In this document: positions 27,801 to 39,699 of the stretch, piece after piece
How positions within the stretch are numbered: the stretch's first letter is position 1
Layout: each line of letters begins with the position of its first letter
Source of the DNA: Balanoglossus misakiensis
Taxonomy: Eukaryota > Animalia > Hemichordata
Length of the DNA stretch: 64,000 nucleotides
Reading direction: 5' to 3'
Assembly (NCBI GenBank): GCA_040954595.2
Contig: CM082595.2
Span: forward strand, 7,856,317-7,920,316
Made by a program: the position numbers and the translations under genes
Notes under the pieces: generated by a model
Seen by the model: the letters and a program-made list of their open reading frames with translations, nothing else
Databases searched by the model: none
Told to the model about the DNA's origin: nothing

Positions 27801-30800
27801 TTCAACCTTTTAATTGGACAATTTCTTATAGTCACCTCACTAGTACTGAAATGGGTGCATGAATACTGAAATCCAAAAATTAACCTAATGAGATGAGATG
27901 ATTCAGATTGAATCAGAAATGTGATCTTACTCTGGTGTCTGACCAAATTCTGCTGGAACTGTTCTTGCGAATATTTTACTTAACATATTGCCCAACATCT
28001 GGCCTTGCACTTCCTGAAATGATAACAGAGGCTGTGATTATCATGTCTTCATGATTCATCAAGTATATGAGTAAAGGTGGTCATAACATGTTTATGGCAT
28101 ATTTTCTTTTGCAACCCTCCAGAATTCTACATCAGTCATAACACCAAGGCCAACTTATTATATATTGTGCAGTAACTTATCCTAGTAACAATGGTGCAGC
28201 CAACCACAAACAGATTTTCCCCATTTTAAGAGTGGTAAATTAGTTTGTTGATCAATAGTAGTTGCAATCACAAGTTGTACAATATTCACCAAATACTGAT
28301 AATATCAAAACTGACACAAACAAATGTGATCACTAGACCACTAGTGTGAGATCAAGATGCATAACCACTGAATTTTTCTTGGTAATAGTCTAGGGAACAC
28401 AAATTTACAAAGTACTGCACTTTGAGAGAAATATTAATTGTAATTGTAATTTTTATTAGTATTAATCGTGATGACAAAAGGAATCTAAAATAGCTAGAAG
28501 TTTATATTATAAAACACTTTCAACAGGCACTAATTCATCTCATTTGCATATCACCAGTGAAAAATACCAGTTTTATGTTTTTGCTTGCAACAAAGGTGCA
28601 ATCATAAGTACATTATGCAATAATAATAATAATAATAATGAAAATCATCATTATCATCATGGACTGACCCGTTTCGCTATGATGTACTGCACCTCTTGGA
28701 TAGTTTTTCCAAGTTTCTGATAAAAACCGCTATGTACAGCCTCCACAGCAGAGTCCAGATGTTCCTTCAGCACGTACGTCTTTTTTTCTTGCACACCCAA
28801 GTACGTTGATGTAATAATATAGCATTTGTATGCAGATCTCATCCCACCTACACCAATTCTTTGGTCACATTTTCTGAATACAATTTTGTACTCTTCAGTG
28901 TCCCACTGGCTCTGACCATTTTCGTCATACATGTACACATACAAATTGGCATTTTCACAAGGACCTGTAAACAAGATAAAATATTGGTGATATGCAGTGC
29001 ATCAGAAGGTGTAATCTCATAGGTTACAACTTTTACGCACCTGTTGCATAATATTGCAGATTGGTCTAACACAGAAATATACAGAAATAAACCAATCACA
29101 TTCAATCTTGCGAGACTACTGCAGGTAAGTATCAATTAGATTTTGTGAAAATAATTAAGCTGATCAGACCACATGCTTTAAATCCTTAGATTGTTTGTTC
29201 AATCCTATTAAGTGCGTATCCATGAGCTCTAGCTCACTCATAGACATAGCATGAATAGAGAATAATTGTTGGTAAAACATATCTGCAATCGTTCGAACTT
29301 TTAATATGTGTGAAATTTCAAATAAATCATGCCATTTCTATCCTTTTATCTGCTTTTGCTGGCTGAAGTTTTCAGACACAGACCTGTAAAATGTATGAAT
29401 AAGTTTCGAAAGGGGGCATAAGAGATATGGTAATTCTGACAACAAATGTAAAAAAGGGAGGTGGGCAAGGCTGATGTGTCATATGTGTCTCCCAACAGAT
29501 CAATTTATCCAATAGACATATTTTCTCCAACAATAAATCATGCAATTTATCTAAAGTCTGGTCTTCCTGAACCTACAATAATTTGAATCATGGGAAAAAG
29601 TGCCAAACTTTCCAATTTTTGGCACATGATTAAAGTAGAAACCATGTGTATGGAAAGAAAAAGTATTCTATGACAAACAATGAATCATTGTCAAACAACC
29701 CATTCCTACTACAAAGTGTACGGCTTAATATTGGTACACCTGATATATACAATTTAGAGCATGTCAGAGTAATGGTCCAGGTACCATCATGTGTAGGGTG
29801 TGGACTTACACACAGAAAGACAGATGGGCATTATAGGACAGTCACAGGACTATACCATGTCTGCAGTGACTGAAAATGCTATGAACAGATAATAAAACTT
29901 ATGTAAATTGTCTCTGAGCATATTAAAATTATAGAATATTACAGAATAAATATTCTGATGAGTGAAATAAAATCTAATCACAAATACACTTAAACAAACA
30001 CTAACAAATGTCACACACCCTGCAGGTCAAACACACAGACCAAAATGGTTAGCAAGAACCACGCTTCTTAGATTACAATTTAGTGGAAATAGTATAGAAA
30101 CTTACCAGCTTCAAGGGCTGGTATAGCCTTCCCATGACCAAATCTCATGATGGTTGTTAGACCAACTTTTTGTTAATTAAATTGGGAAAAGAAAAGCAGA
30201 AGCAATGAGTTTTGTTGAAAGTAGGGACTGAATTCACAATGTCAAGAGTGCTAACTGGCATAGTGGTTACCTTTTACATTGAATAACACAAAAAAAGAAC
30301 AAACTAAATTTTTATTTTATGCAGAAATTGAATAAATTCCTAACATAGAACAACCCTCATGTCAAACAGTCAAATTTTTATGCATGTTGAAAACACTTGT
30401 ACTCTTTAAAAAATCTGTCATGAACACATGACAAAAGCTGACAAAATCAGGGCAGATTTTATCATATATGTCTCCAATGGGAGCAGTCAGCAACAGGAAG
30501 ACATTTTCATCAAGTATTTGAATCATGGGAAAAAGTGCCAAACTTGTGCCAAAATGGTGCTTTTCACTTTATTCAAGTGACAGTAGGTGAAATGTCTGGT
30601 TGGTGAAAATGACTTATAGGCTAACCAAACCCATACGAGATATGTACATTACAAAATCAGTCTTGTCAATAATATGCTAATCTCAAACAATAGTTAAGAA
30701 ATGATAGCATTTGGGCACAGTAAATCTATTTCTGTAGCACATGTGCTAAGACATTGAAGGAGTATGCATTCACAAATATACAACAATTCTCAGGTAAACA

Positions 30801-33800
30801 ATCATTTCTCAGTCGACATTTATAAAATACTAGACTATTTTACCAATGTTTCCATTGTATACTTTAAATCCGGCCAGCAGCACACTATCTCAAACACTTA
30901 ACAAATACAATGCAATTGAATTCAATTTATACATTATTACTTTGAATTTCTCTAGTTACACAGGCAGAAGTATTTTACAAAGTTTAAACTTACTTGTGGA
31001 CTTGGGGATACAAGCTTGTTTGACTTCCTGTATTTTGAAAAATAAAAAGGGAATTACATGTTACTGTTGACAGCATGGGGACAATAACATCAATGACACT
31101 ACAGCTCCTATAGCCAGCACAAATTATGCATGAGTTCTCAATACAAATGCACATTGAATGTTGGACACACATATACTGTTTATGTCACTACCAAAGTATT
31201 ATTGATAAATTAGCAAAACTAACTGTTGCTTTTGTTATGCACTTAAATTGCTGATTTAAACACAAGCCCAAACAGACTGACACATCTCAAGATACATGCA
31301 TTCAAAAGACATGACTTAGGGAAAACAAACCTTTGTTGTGATACATAAGAGGCATGTCAGTGATTGTCAAGAACCTGTATACCAACTTTCAAGCTTGACT
31401 GACAGGCTGTTCTGGTGAAGATAATTTGTTTACCAAACAAAATAATGCAGAGGCCAGTATCAATCTATCAAATTTGCCTGAGTAGAACTTAGGAAAAAGA
31501 GACTGTTTGTACCAATCATCTAAAATAGCTTTAACGACATTGCACTCCAGCTTGTATGTAAATAATTTACACACATGACTGACATATGTTGTTCTCATAT
31601 TAGTAAATCCACAACAAGCGTCACTCAACCAGAAAGTCTACTTTTTTAAAGGTATAAGTCATCTGTAGCCACAGATACCACAGAAATGAAACCACAGATA
31701 TCTTATGACAAAAACCTGCAAAAATTGTCCCCAAAATACAATATTGCAGTTTTCATGAGAGTTGTCACACATTTGACTTCGATCATCCCTAGTGACCTGA
31801 ATACTGAATATAAAAGTTGTATAAACAGTGGATTCTGAGAAGAAGTCAATTGTTGACAGTTGGACGGACAGACAATAGACAATCCACCTATCTGTTAGGC
31901 TCCACATCACTGACGACAAAGCTAATAGAAGGCAGTTTACCATTATTTATATTTATGGTCCATTTTCTGTTCAAAATGGGAACCATGCAAAAGATACAGA
32001 CAACACACAATGAAATGATTGTATACAAACCAAAGTATGCTTTTGCATAGTATCTGCACGTGCATGATGTGGTGCTGACAATGTCTTCTTTTTTTCATTC
32101 TTTTGTACAAGTTGTGCCAGCTCTGATAGAGCAGAGGATGCTACAAAAGATTAAATGACATTATGAAATATCAGACATGCTCAATTTATAAATTAAGAGA
32201 CAATGTCATTGTAACAGTACTTGGCTTCAGTAGAAAAATCATATTATTACATAGTTATATCTTTAACTTTTAATTTTCAACACCTGTTGTTCTTGCACAG
32301 TATTAAGTAAAACAACAATGACAACATGTGTGATTGCCAAATGATCTTAATTAATATGCCAGAATCATGATTCCTGACCTCAAACTGAACAACCTGATAT
32401 TTATATACCGTAACGTTCAACTTCCTCACTATGATTAAATAGTCCAGAACAATGGAATATTTGTTTCATTGCTGCCCTATGCACCACCTCAAACAAATGT
32501 TTGTTTGTTTGTTTGTTTTGTTGTTTTTATTGGGGGGTTACTACCACGCCAACGAAAAAACATAACAATTATTGCACAATCACCACATAATATTTATTAT
32601 AGACATTTATTATTTCTTAAGAAAAAGGCCTATTCTGGAGAACTCACCACTGATTCTTGACGACTTGCTGGAAAGTACACTGTATAAATTTGATGAGAAA
32701 AAAAGAAAGTCAACAATATACATAAAAGTCAGTTATGGCCCTGAAAGTGTCACAAGACAAATTTGATATTATAAAAATCTCCTTTGTAATGGGGTTATAC
32801 GATTGCTTGAAACAAAACACATAAAGCCCCTAGGAATATACTTTGCAAACACCTACTTACACATTCATTCACTAATTATTTTCATTGAGTATACTGGTAC
32901 ATACATGTGATATACCAGTAGGGGTACAAGTGGCTTGCTGAAAAATTATTTTACATTTCATTTCAAGCTATGTATGAGTCACAAGTATAATATATCTAGT
33001 CTTATTTCATACCAAAGTGAACAATGATATTTAACTACTGCCTACATAAGAAAAGTGGCCATCAATATATAAAATCTTAGGAACAGCTACAATAATCAGA
33101 CTCCAGTAGCACATGTGTGTAGATGTTAATCGTGTAAATTTATAGTACAGTTGCAAATTCCATCATTAGATCATATTGTTAAATAAAATGATGTGTGTAT
33201 GTACATCTAAGTACATAATCCTTGTACCAAGTTTTAATGAAATCATGATCAGTCAAGGCATGGCTAAGTAATGGCTTTGGAAAGACAGAGGTATAGACGG
33301 GTGGTGCCCAATCCATACGTCTCCATGGACTACGACTGTGGGGACTTACATGTACAAATCAAACTTGGATCACCACTAAGGTCCTGAGTATCAAATGTAT
33401 GAGCACTTAAATTTCTAAAAGAAATCATTTATACATAAAAATGACAAGATTTCAAATTTCAAAGCAATCACACAAGCTGTTTTGACCAAAAAAAGCAAAA
33501 AATAACCCCCAAAAATACAAATTTGAAGATTTTGATCACAATTATATATACCAACTTATATCAAAGCTGCAGATCAGTGGGTTCTGATAAGTGTACACCA
33601 CCAATAAACATGTCTGCCGATTTCAAATGCAGCTGAAGTCAACATTTTCAAGCAGTTAACTCATAGAAGTTCTTCGTGTCAATATTACCTGAAAATACTC
33701 TTTGACTGTTCAACTTCATGTGGTTGAGAATGAGATGGACCAGCGCAACTGTCTTCATCCATGGAAAGCTCCTATATACAAGAAACAAGGATATGCAACT

Positions 33801-36800
33801 TCAAACAATATCAAACATTACTTAAATAACCCAAGCAACCTTCATGGCTAAAGACCGGTTAGAGATATGAACATAATTATGTGGAACAATAAGACTGTCC
33901 GTGGAGACACAATTCATCAGTAAGCTAAAAGATAAATGTGGACATAATTTTAAAAATTCAGCAAAATGATGGAAAGCTGCATTGAACATATGATTTCCAT
34001 ATTTTTCTGACATCCTTTACACAAACATGTCAAAGCAACCAACCTTAGATGTCCTCGAACCAGTATGCTAAATGCAAAAAAAATGCCAATGGTATTGGAG
34101 CCCAGCTGATCAGTATTGTGCCATACTGACTCATATCAAACAAGCACCAGGTCTCCAACTATTATGGTTGCTGACATATGTAAAAGTAGTTGAAAGGTCA
34201 CCCCAAAATTTGGAAGAAAAAAATTTGGTCCAATATTGACACACATCAACTGAAAATCAAGTCTCCGTGTATTATAGATGCCGAGATATGCACGAATCAA
34301 AAAAGCAAAAAAAAAATTATTACCCCCCTGAGAAGAAGAAAAAAACATTGTTGGGGAAATTTTGAAGCCATAAAAGGCTTCTTTTTGCTCCAAAAAGGGA
34401 GAAATGATGTAAAAAAACTGAACAGATCCTCCATGACCCTGAATTGAACTCTGGTGAAAATTGTATCTGTGTGAAGTGGTTTTTGAGTTATCATCCATAC
34501 AAGGATTTTATATCAGCAGTGGCATTATGTCCCCATACCTTTGCAGGAATTTGGGGGCATACCGTAATAAAGCCAATACTGAAATCATGTAATTTATATT
34601 ACTGGGTTTTAGTTTATGACAACTTTTAATCTTTGGAAATATGTGGCTAATGTTTACAAATAATGACTTAATTGTTTTACTCACAGGAAAGTAGAAACAA
34701 AATGAGCTTCTTGTCATAACATGCTGATCCTCTTTGTATTCTGGACCAGTGGTTCCACCCATTACTTTTGCTTTCCTTATATTTGTTGGATTGACTCGAA
34801 TCTTGAAAAATTCAAGACAAGCTACCTTGATGTTCAGTAGCGATAAAGGTCTATTAAAAGGAACCTGGGAAAGTAAGCCACAGCACAGCAATTAGATATA
34901 AATTAAAAATGTGCTACAGTAAGTCATGAGAAATGACACAATTGTAAAACAAATATCTTAATGACACTGACTGATCCTTTTAGCTAACACTGCTAAACAT
35001 ACACAGGTGTTAATTTAATTCTGGTCATCCGTTCCTGACATATCGTGCCAAAAGTCAAACAGTCACACAATACAATAAAATACAATGTTTAAGCAATAAA
35101 ACACCCCCAGCCATGGTATATCACGAGATTTTGACCAGTTCACGACATATACGCACGAGCGATAGCGAGTGCGTATATGGAGTTGAACTGGTCAAAATCG
35201 AGTGGTATACCATGGCTGGGGGTGTTTTATTGCTATTATATTATGCCAGTATATTGAAACTTTGCATAAAACATTTTAAAAAGGCATTTTCTTTAACTAT
35301 GATATATGACTGTGGTATATGGCTAATATATCACGGTCACGTGTCGTGTCTCGACCAATCAAATAGCGTGATTTACACCATCAATATACTGGTATAATAT
35401 AATTACATTTTTATCATAATTTTTAGATGGAATAAAAATATTACTCCTAGGACCCTGAAAATCAAATTGCGAAGAGCAATCAGAATAATGATTTCTGACC
35501 AAAAATTTAAAAAAATTGCCCTCCAAAATATAATATTGGTATTTTCCCCATAATATTACACATCATACTGATTTCTGCGAACAATTTTTTTTTGACATAC
35601 ATACATACATACATAGAGACAACAGATGTAGACTTATCCAATAAAATATCAATGGTACATGTACATACACGAAATGGGAGCTAAAAATGAAATAATCCGT
35701 TGCTTACCAATTGCTTTAAAACATTATCAGCTTTGCGATATCTTCTTCCATCAAATTCAAGTTTCGTTATGGTAAGATTCTGAGGGAAATGTAAGAAGTA
35801 CATAACCGGTTGATAATAATGTATTTTACCAAATGGAGGATATATGATTTTTGCTATGGAAGTCACTTGGTTTGAACACACACTCTGACAACATAACCTA
35901 GCCACTGAAATAAATGGACAAAACCACTCAGCCATGCGTTTCAAACCCAAAACAGTGGCATGGTCACACTGACTGTGTCAGAAGTTACAACTCTGAACGT
36001 GATCCAATGACAGTGTGTCGACAAAGCAAGCACACAAAGACAAAAATACTATACAAACAAACTCGGTAAATAGTACCTTAAAGCTTTTAACGAGCTTTTG
36101 CCTGTATTTATAATTTCTCTGTAATTCTATGATATAGTCCTACTCACTGGCACTGGATCAAACAAATCATTTGCAACGTATATCATTATTGGTTCTAGGA
36201 ATTAAACAAATGAACTAGTAATTTATACAGTTCTGCTGTGATATTTAGTGCATAGTAACTGTAAGTCAAATATCAAGGCTAATGATTTTTTTTTTATTCA
36301 GAGGATCAACAAGAGCAAATTCATAATAACAGGCTCTGCTATGTTGTTTGAGAGCATTTGGCCTAAATTACAAACTTTAAATCTTCTCGAAATTACAAAT
36401 TACTTTTTTGCCACTATAAACCAAAGTCAATATGGTGCCAAGTTTGAACATACTGTACCTGTGGACATCTCTTCCCTTTTGCCGGTTTTCTCATTTCAAT
36501 TTGTTTTTTTCGTATTTTCTCCCACTGTCCTGTAAGTCATAAGTTGCCATGGAAACTAATTAACAATATTTATATCCTACTCAAGTACATTTGCAACTTT
36601 GTATTTCACTGACAAAAAAACTGCTAAATGCAGATCAGTGCGATCATATCACTGTGTCCACGGAAAAGAAGCTTTGTTTATCAAAAACAGCAAAAATTAT
36701 CACAAAATAGCATATTGCAGATTCATCACAAATTGAGCAACCTGAATTTTCTATATTTTATCATCCCTAGGGACCTGCATAACAAGTAAGAAATGTGTGA

Positions 36801-37707
36801 ACAGAGGTATTAAAGAAGAAGTCAATGTAAGAGTTGTAGGACGACAGATGACGATGGACAATCCATGTAAAAGCTAGCCCAAAGTCACTGGCAGCAGAGA
36901 TAATAAATGTCATACCTTCGTAACTGTCTTCACTTTCCATGCCTAAAAAAACAACATACATTATTAAACACCTATTGCTGCAATAACCTACATTTCGTAT
37001 GCTGATCTATCATACAATACAATTGTACATTGCTGTACAGTACACAGAGTCTAAATAAGGCTGACATGTTCAAGTGAGTGCAAAATGTTAGAGGTGAGTG
37101 ATGCCACTCCTATGCTATATGACAGGTCAAACCCATAGGTCAACAAACATAGTTTTATTAAAACGACCTGGTAGGGTGTGTGCAGAGTACCAATCATTTG
37201 AAATTGATTGGTTGCTGCAAAGCAAAAGACGTGGACTTATATGCCATATGGAACATTCCTTTCTCAGTGGGTAAGGTATTTGATTCAAAGAATTGGAATT
37301 AGAAGTGGGTCTAAGTTTCAAGAGTAATGGATATAGCTTAACTCATTGCAGCAGCTTCATCCTACCCTACAATACCTGAGTACACTCACCTCATGGAGAT
37401 TCATGATTACTCTATAGTGATGCTATGTCTCACATATCAAGGTGGTAATACAATACAGTTTAACAGTTTGTACTCTAAATGATCATATTTTTGTTGGTGT
37501 AACTTTTTGTGCACCAAAAGTACATTGAGAAAATATTGTGCAATGGTATGTATACCTCTTAGGACATAAAATATTCAGGCACTGATTTAGAAAACACAAT
37601 CATATGTCAGTTCAAATTTTTACTGCTCAAACACAGTGTTTATGATCAATATGTAATGCAGTTTTATATCATTACTTACCTTTACGCTTTTCTTTCGCTT
37701 TAGGCAT
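24866..37707 (-). CDS. Alpha-kinase (eEF2K/MHCK/TRPM7-kinase family) domain protein, 17 coding exons, 508 aa
   Basis: Minus-strand GT-AG exons 37707-37680, 36942-36916, 36194-36148, 35779-35708, 34864-34685, 33771-33689, 32679-32648, 32140-32031, 31027-30994, 30165-30106, 28964-28669, 28013-27931, 27461-27262, 26803-26734, 26251-26157, 25273-25227 and 24928-24866 sum to 1527 bp in frame. Motifs IGVGGMRSAY, YVLKEH, EVQGQ, TLEEFLPGPYIKYMNNMG, STFAHW, LITDLQGVGYRLTD, FGVDNC, HICSRYC. The kinase-domain exons are secure; the small 5' exons are less so. Confidence 0.85.
25590..26131. mobile_element. Hairpin-ended non-autonomous repeat in a kinase intron
   Basis: 140-bp stem-loop at 25590-25730 (GCAATAATCCCCGCC...CACGAGCCGTAAGGCGAGTG...GGCGGGGTTATTGC) plus a body ending CCAATCAGAATCGC...ATATAATATAATA. 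Confidence 0.75.
35092..35402. mobile_element. Hairpin-ended non-autonomous repeat in a kinase intron
   Basis: Near-perfect stem-loop at 35092-35234 (AGCAATAAAACACCCCCAGCCATGGTATA ... TATACCATGGCTGGGGGTGTTTTATTGCT), body ending CCAATCA...TATAATATAAT. Confidence 0.75.
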
Positions 37708-38325
37708 GATACAGGTCTGTATGGGATGAGGTAATAATTAAAAAAATGTATCAGTATTTGACACTTATGGTTGCTTTAAAGTTTAATATGTGGCTGGTAT
37801 AATCAGAACAGTGCTGTTTACTGACCTTAAGTATTCAATTAACACATGTAATTTTTTACTATAACAGTTAAAGTAAACAAATATTTCAACTTCTACATAA
37901 TTACAATGCAGTACATAAAACATTATAATTTTGTTGTTGTTGTTGTTTTTTTTGTTTGTTTTTTTTTGGGGGGGGGGGGGGGGTAGAAGCAATGACCAAC
38001 TGGTCAATTGGTCAGAAATGAAAAAAAATGTGGAGGTCATAGGCTTTTACATACCGGGTAGGTTGGTGTGTAGTTCCTACCAAATCATATATGTGAGATA
38101 ATGTAACAATGTTCTTTTGCCATTGCTGAACTACAATTGTATTTTGATGAGTACCACTTAAAAGGGGAATTATGGGAACATTGTTTACTTGACCAAACAT
38201 CGCACTCTCCTGTACTGCAGGGACTGTATGTGTTGGTCCCACTATCCCCCCTTGAATTCCAATGTTTATCTGGCATCTGTTTACACAGGCCCAAATACTT
38301 GCCATCTAATGAATATGTACACTAA

Positions 38326-38560
38326 CATCAAATTGCCATATATGCAGTCGAAAATGGAAACGCAAATGCAGTTCGATATTTCAACAAACGTCTAGAAAAG
38401 CTCATCAACGAAAGCACTATTCTTGGCATGGAAAAAAAGGACACTGCGAACGTTATCAGCAGAGAAAATCGCGCACCCACTAGGGCAAAATCTCGACAGG
38501 CAAGTCGAATCATATATAAAACAATTCCGACTAAGGCCAAAAGTCGTGTGATTAGCTTCG
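38326..38560 (+). pseudogene. Fragment of a pogo-like transposase N-terminal HTH (Brinker-DBD-like)
   Basis: Translation HQIAIYAVENGNANAVRYFNKRLEKLINESTILGMEKK...YKTIPTKAKSR resembles the YAxENGNxxAxRxF...ESTV motif of pogo-type transposases. Preceded by an in-frame stop; no DDE region follows. Confidence 0.55.
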
Positions 38561-38968
38561 CGTCCACAGGACGTTCTATACGTAACGGACGCGGACGCGC
38601 ATTTCATTTTCAGTATCACACAGTCTTGGAGCAAGACTACCATTGCAGCTGCAGGACAATCCACATTTACACGGCTACTACGCTACGTACTACTGTAGTA
38701 CTACATACTATTACTATACTAGGATGCGCCAAGTTGCGAGCAAGTTCATATCAGTCGCCGTCGGGACAAAATCTACAGACAAAGCCTTCCATAACGATGG
38801 TTTAAAATGACGGTAGGTGGGATGTTTTACCCCCGGTCAAGAGCAATCAATGAGAGATAATAAAACAGTAAAACCTTACGCGTACGATATTTCTGAGCGA
38901 AAACTCTCACGATGAACACGGTATCGAGTACGATGACAGCATATGCATATCCATGCAGCAGCGATGGC

Positions 38969-39699
38969 TATTTGCATAAAGACTTTTTTGATTGGTCCAC
39001 AGATATCACGTGATAGCTACAACGGTCAGAGTTCAAAGGTTGAAAAATCGAAATCGAAATCAAAATCAAAATCGAAATCGAAATCAAAATCGAAATCAAA
39101 ATCAAAATCAAAATCGAAATCGAAATCAAAATCGAAATCGAAATCAAAATTCAGATCGTTTTTCATTTCGTAAATCAAAATCGAAATCAAAATCAAAATC
39201 AAAATCAAAATCAAAATCGAAATTCAGATCGTTTTTCATTTCGTAAATCAAAATCGAAATCGAAATCAAAATTCAGATCGTTTTTCATTTCGTAAATCAA
39301 AATCAAAATCGAAATCAAAATCAAAATCGAAATCAAAATCAAAATTTAGATCGTTTTTCATTTCGTAAATCGAAATCGAAATCAAAATTTAGATCGTTTT
39401 TTATTTCGTAAATCAAAATCGAAATGGAAATCAAAATCAAAATCTAGATCGTTTTTCATTTCGTAAATGGAAATCAAAATCAAAATTTAGATCGTTTTTT
39501 ATTTCGTAAATCAAAATCGAAATGGAAATCAAAGTTAAAGTTAAAATTAAATTTAAAATTAAACAGAAATAAAAAGTTAAAAACAAAGTTAAAGAAAAAT
39601 TCAAGCTAAGATTTTAAGTATAAACTCAAAAACGAACAAGAAGTAAAAAAAAAAGTCACAAATAGTATTCTTGTTTCATGAGCCTTCTCGGTTGCCGTA
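38969..39699 (-). repeat. Right terminal inverted repeat
   Basis: Reverse complement of 14247-14980, with 7 AGATCGTTTT modules and an extra ~30 bp near 39600-39630. Confidence 0.92.

Larger units (their letters stand above)
14247..39699. mobile_element. Giant IS3EU-like DNA transposon (25,453 bp) carrying transposase and alpha-kinase genes
   Basis: GTACAC direct repeats at 14241-14246 and 39700-39705. Termini TACGGCAACC...GGTTGCCGTA, with the first 45 bp of the two ends perfectly inverted. TIRs ~730 bp. Internal IS3/integrase-type DDE transposase. TAY..RTA termini with a 6-bp TSD match my recollection of the IS3EU superfamily. Confidence 0.92.

Noticed and set aside
29470-30545. Direct repeats TTTGAATCATGGGAAAAAGTGCCAAACTT in kinase introns
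   Set aside because: Look like fragments of a common dispersed repeat; no TSD or LTR structure.
36077-36147. Apparent frameshift or premature stop in the kinase gene
   Set aside because: Using the consensus donor CCA|GTGAGT at 36147 gives a 47-bp exon that restores phase, so no lesion is needed.
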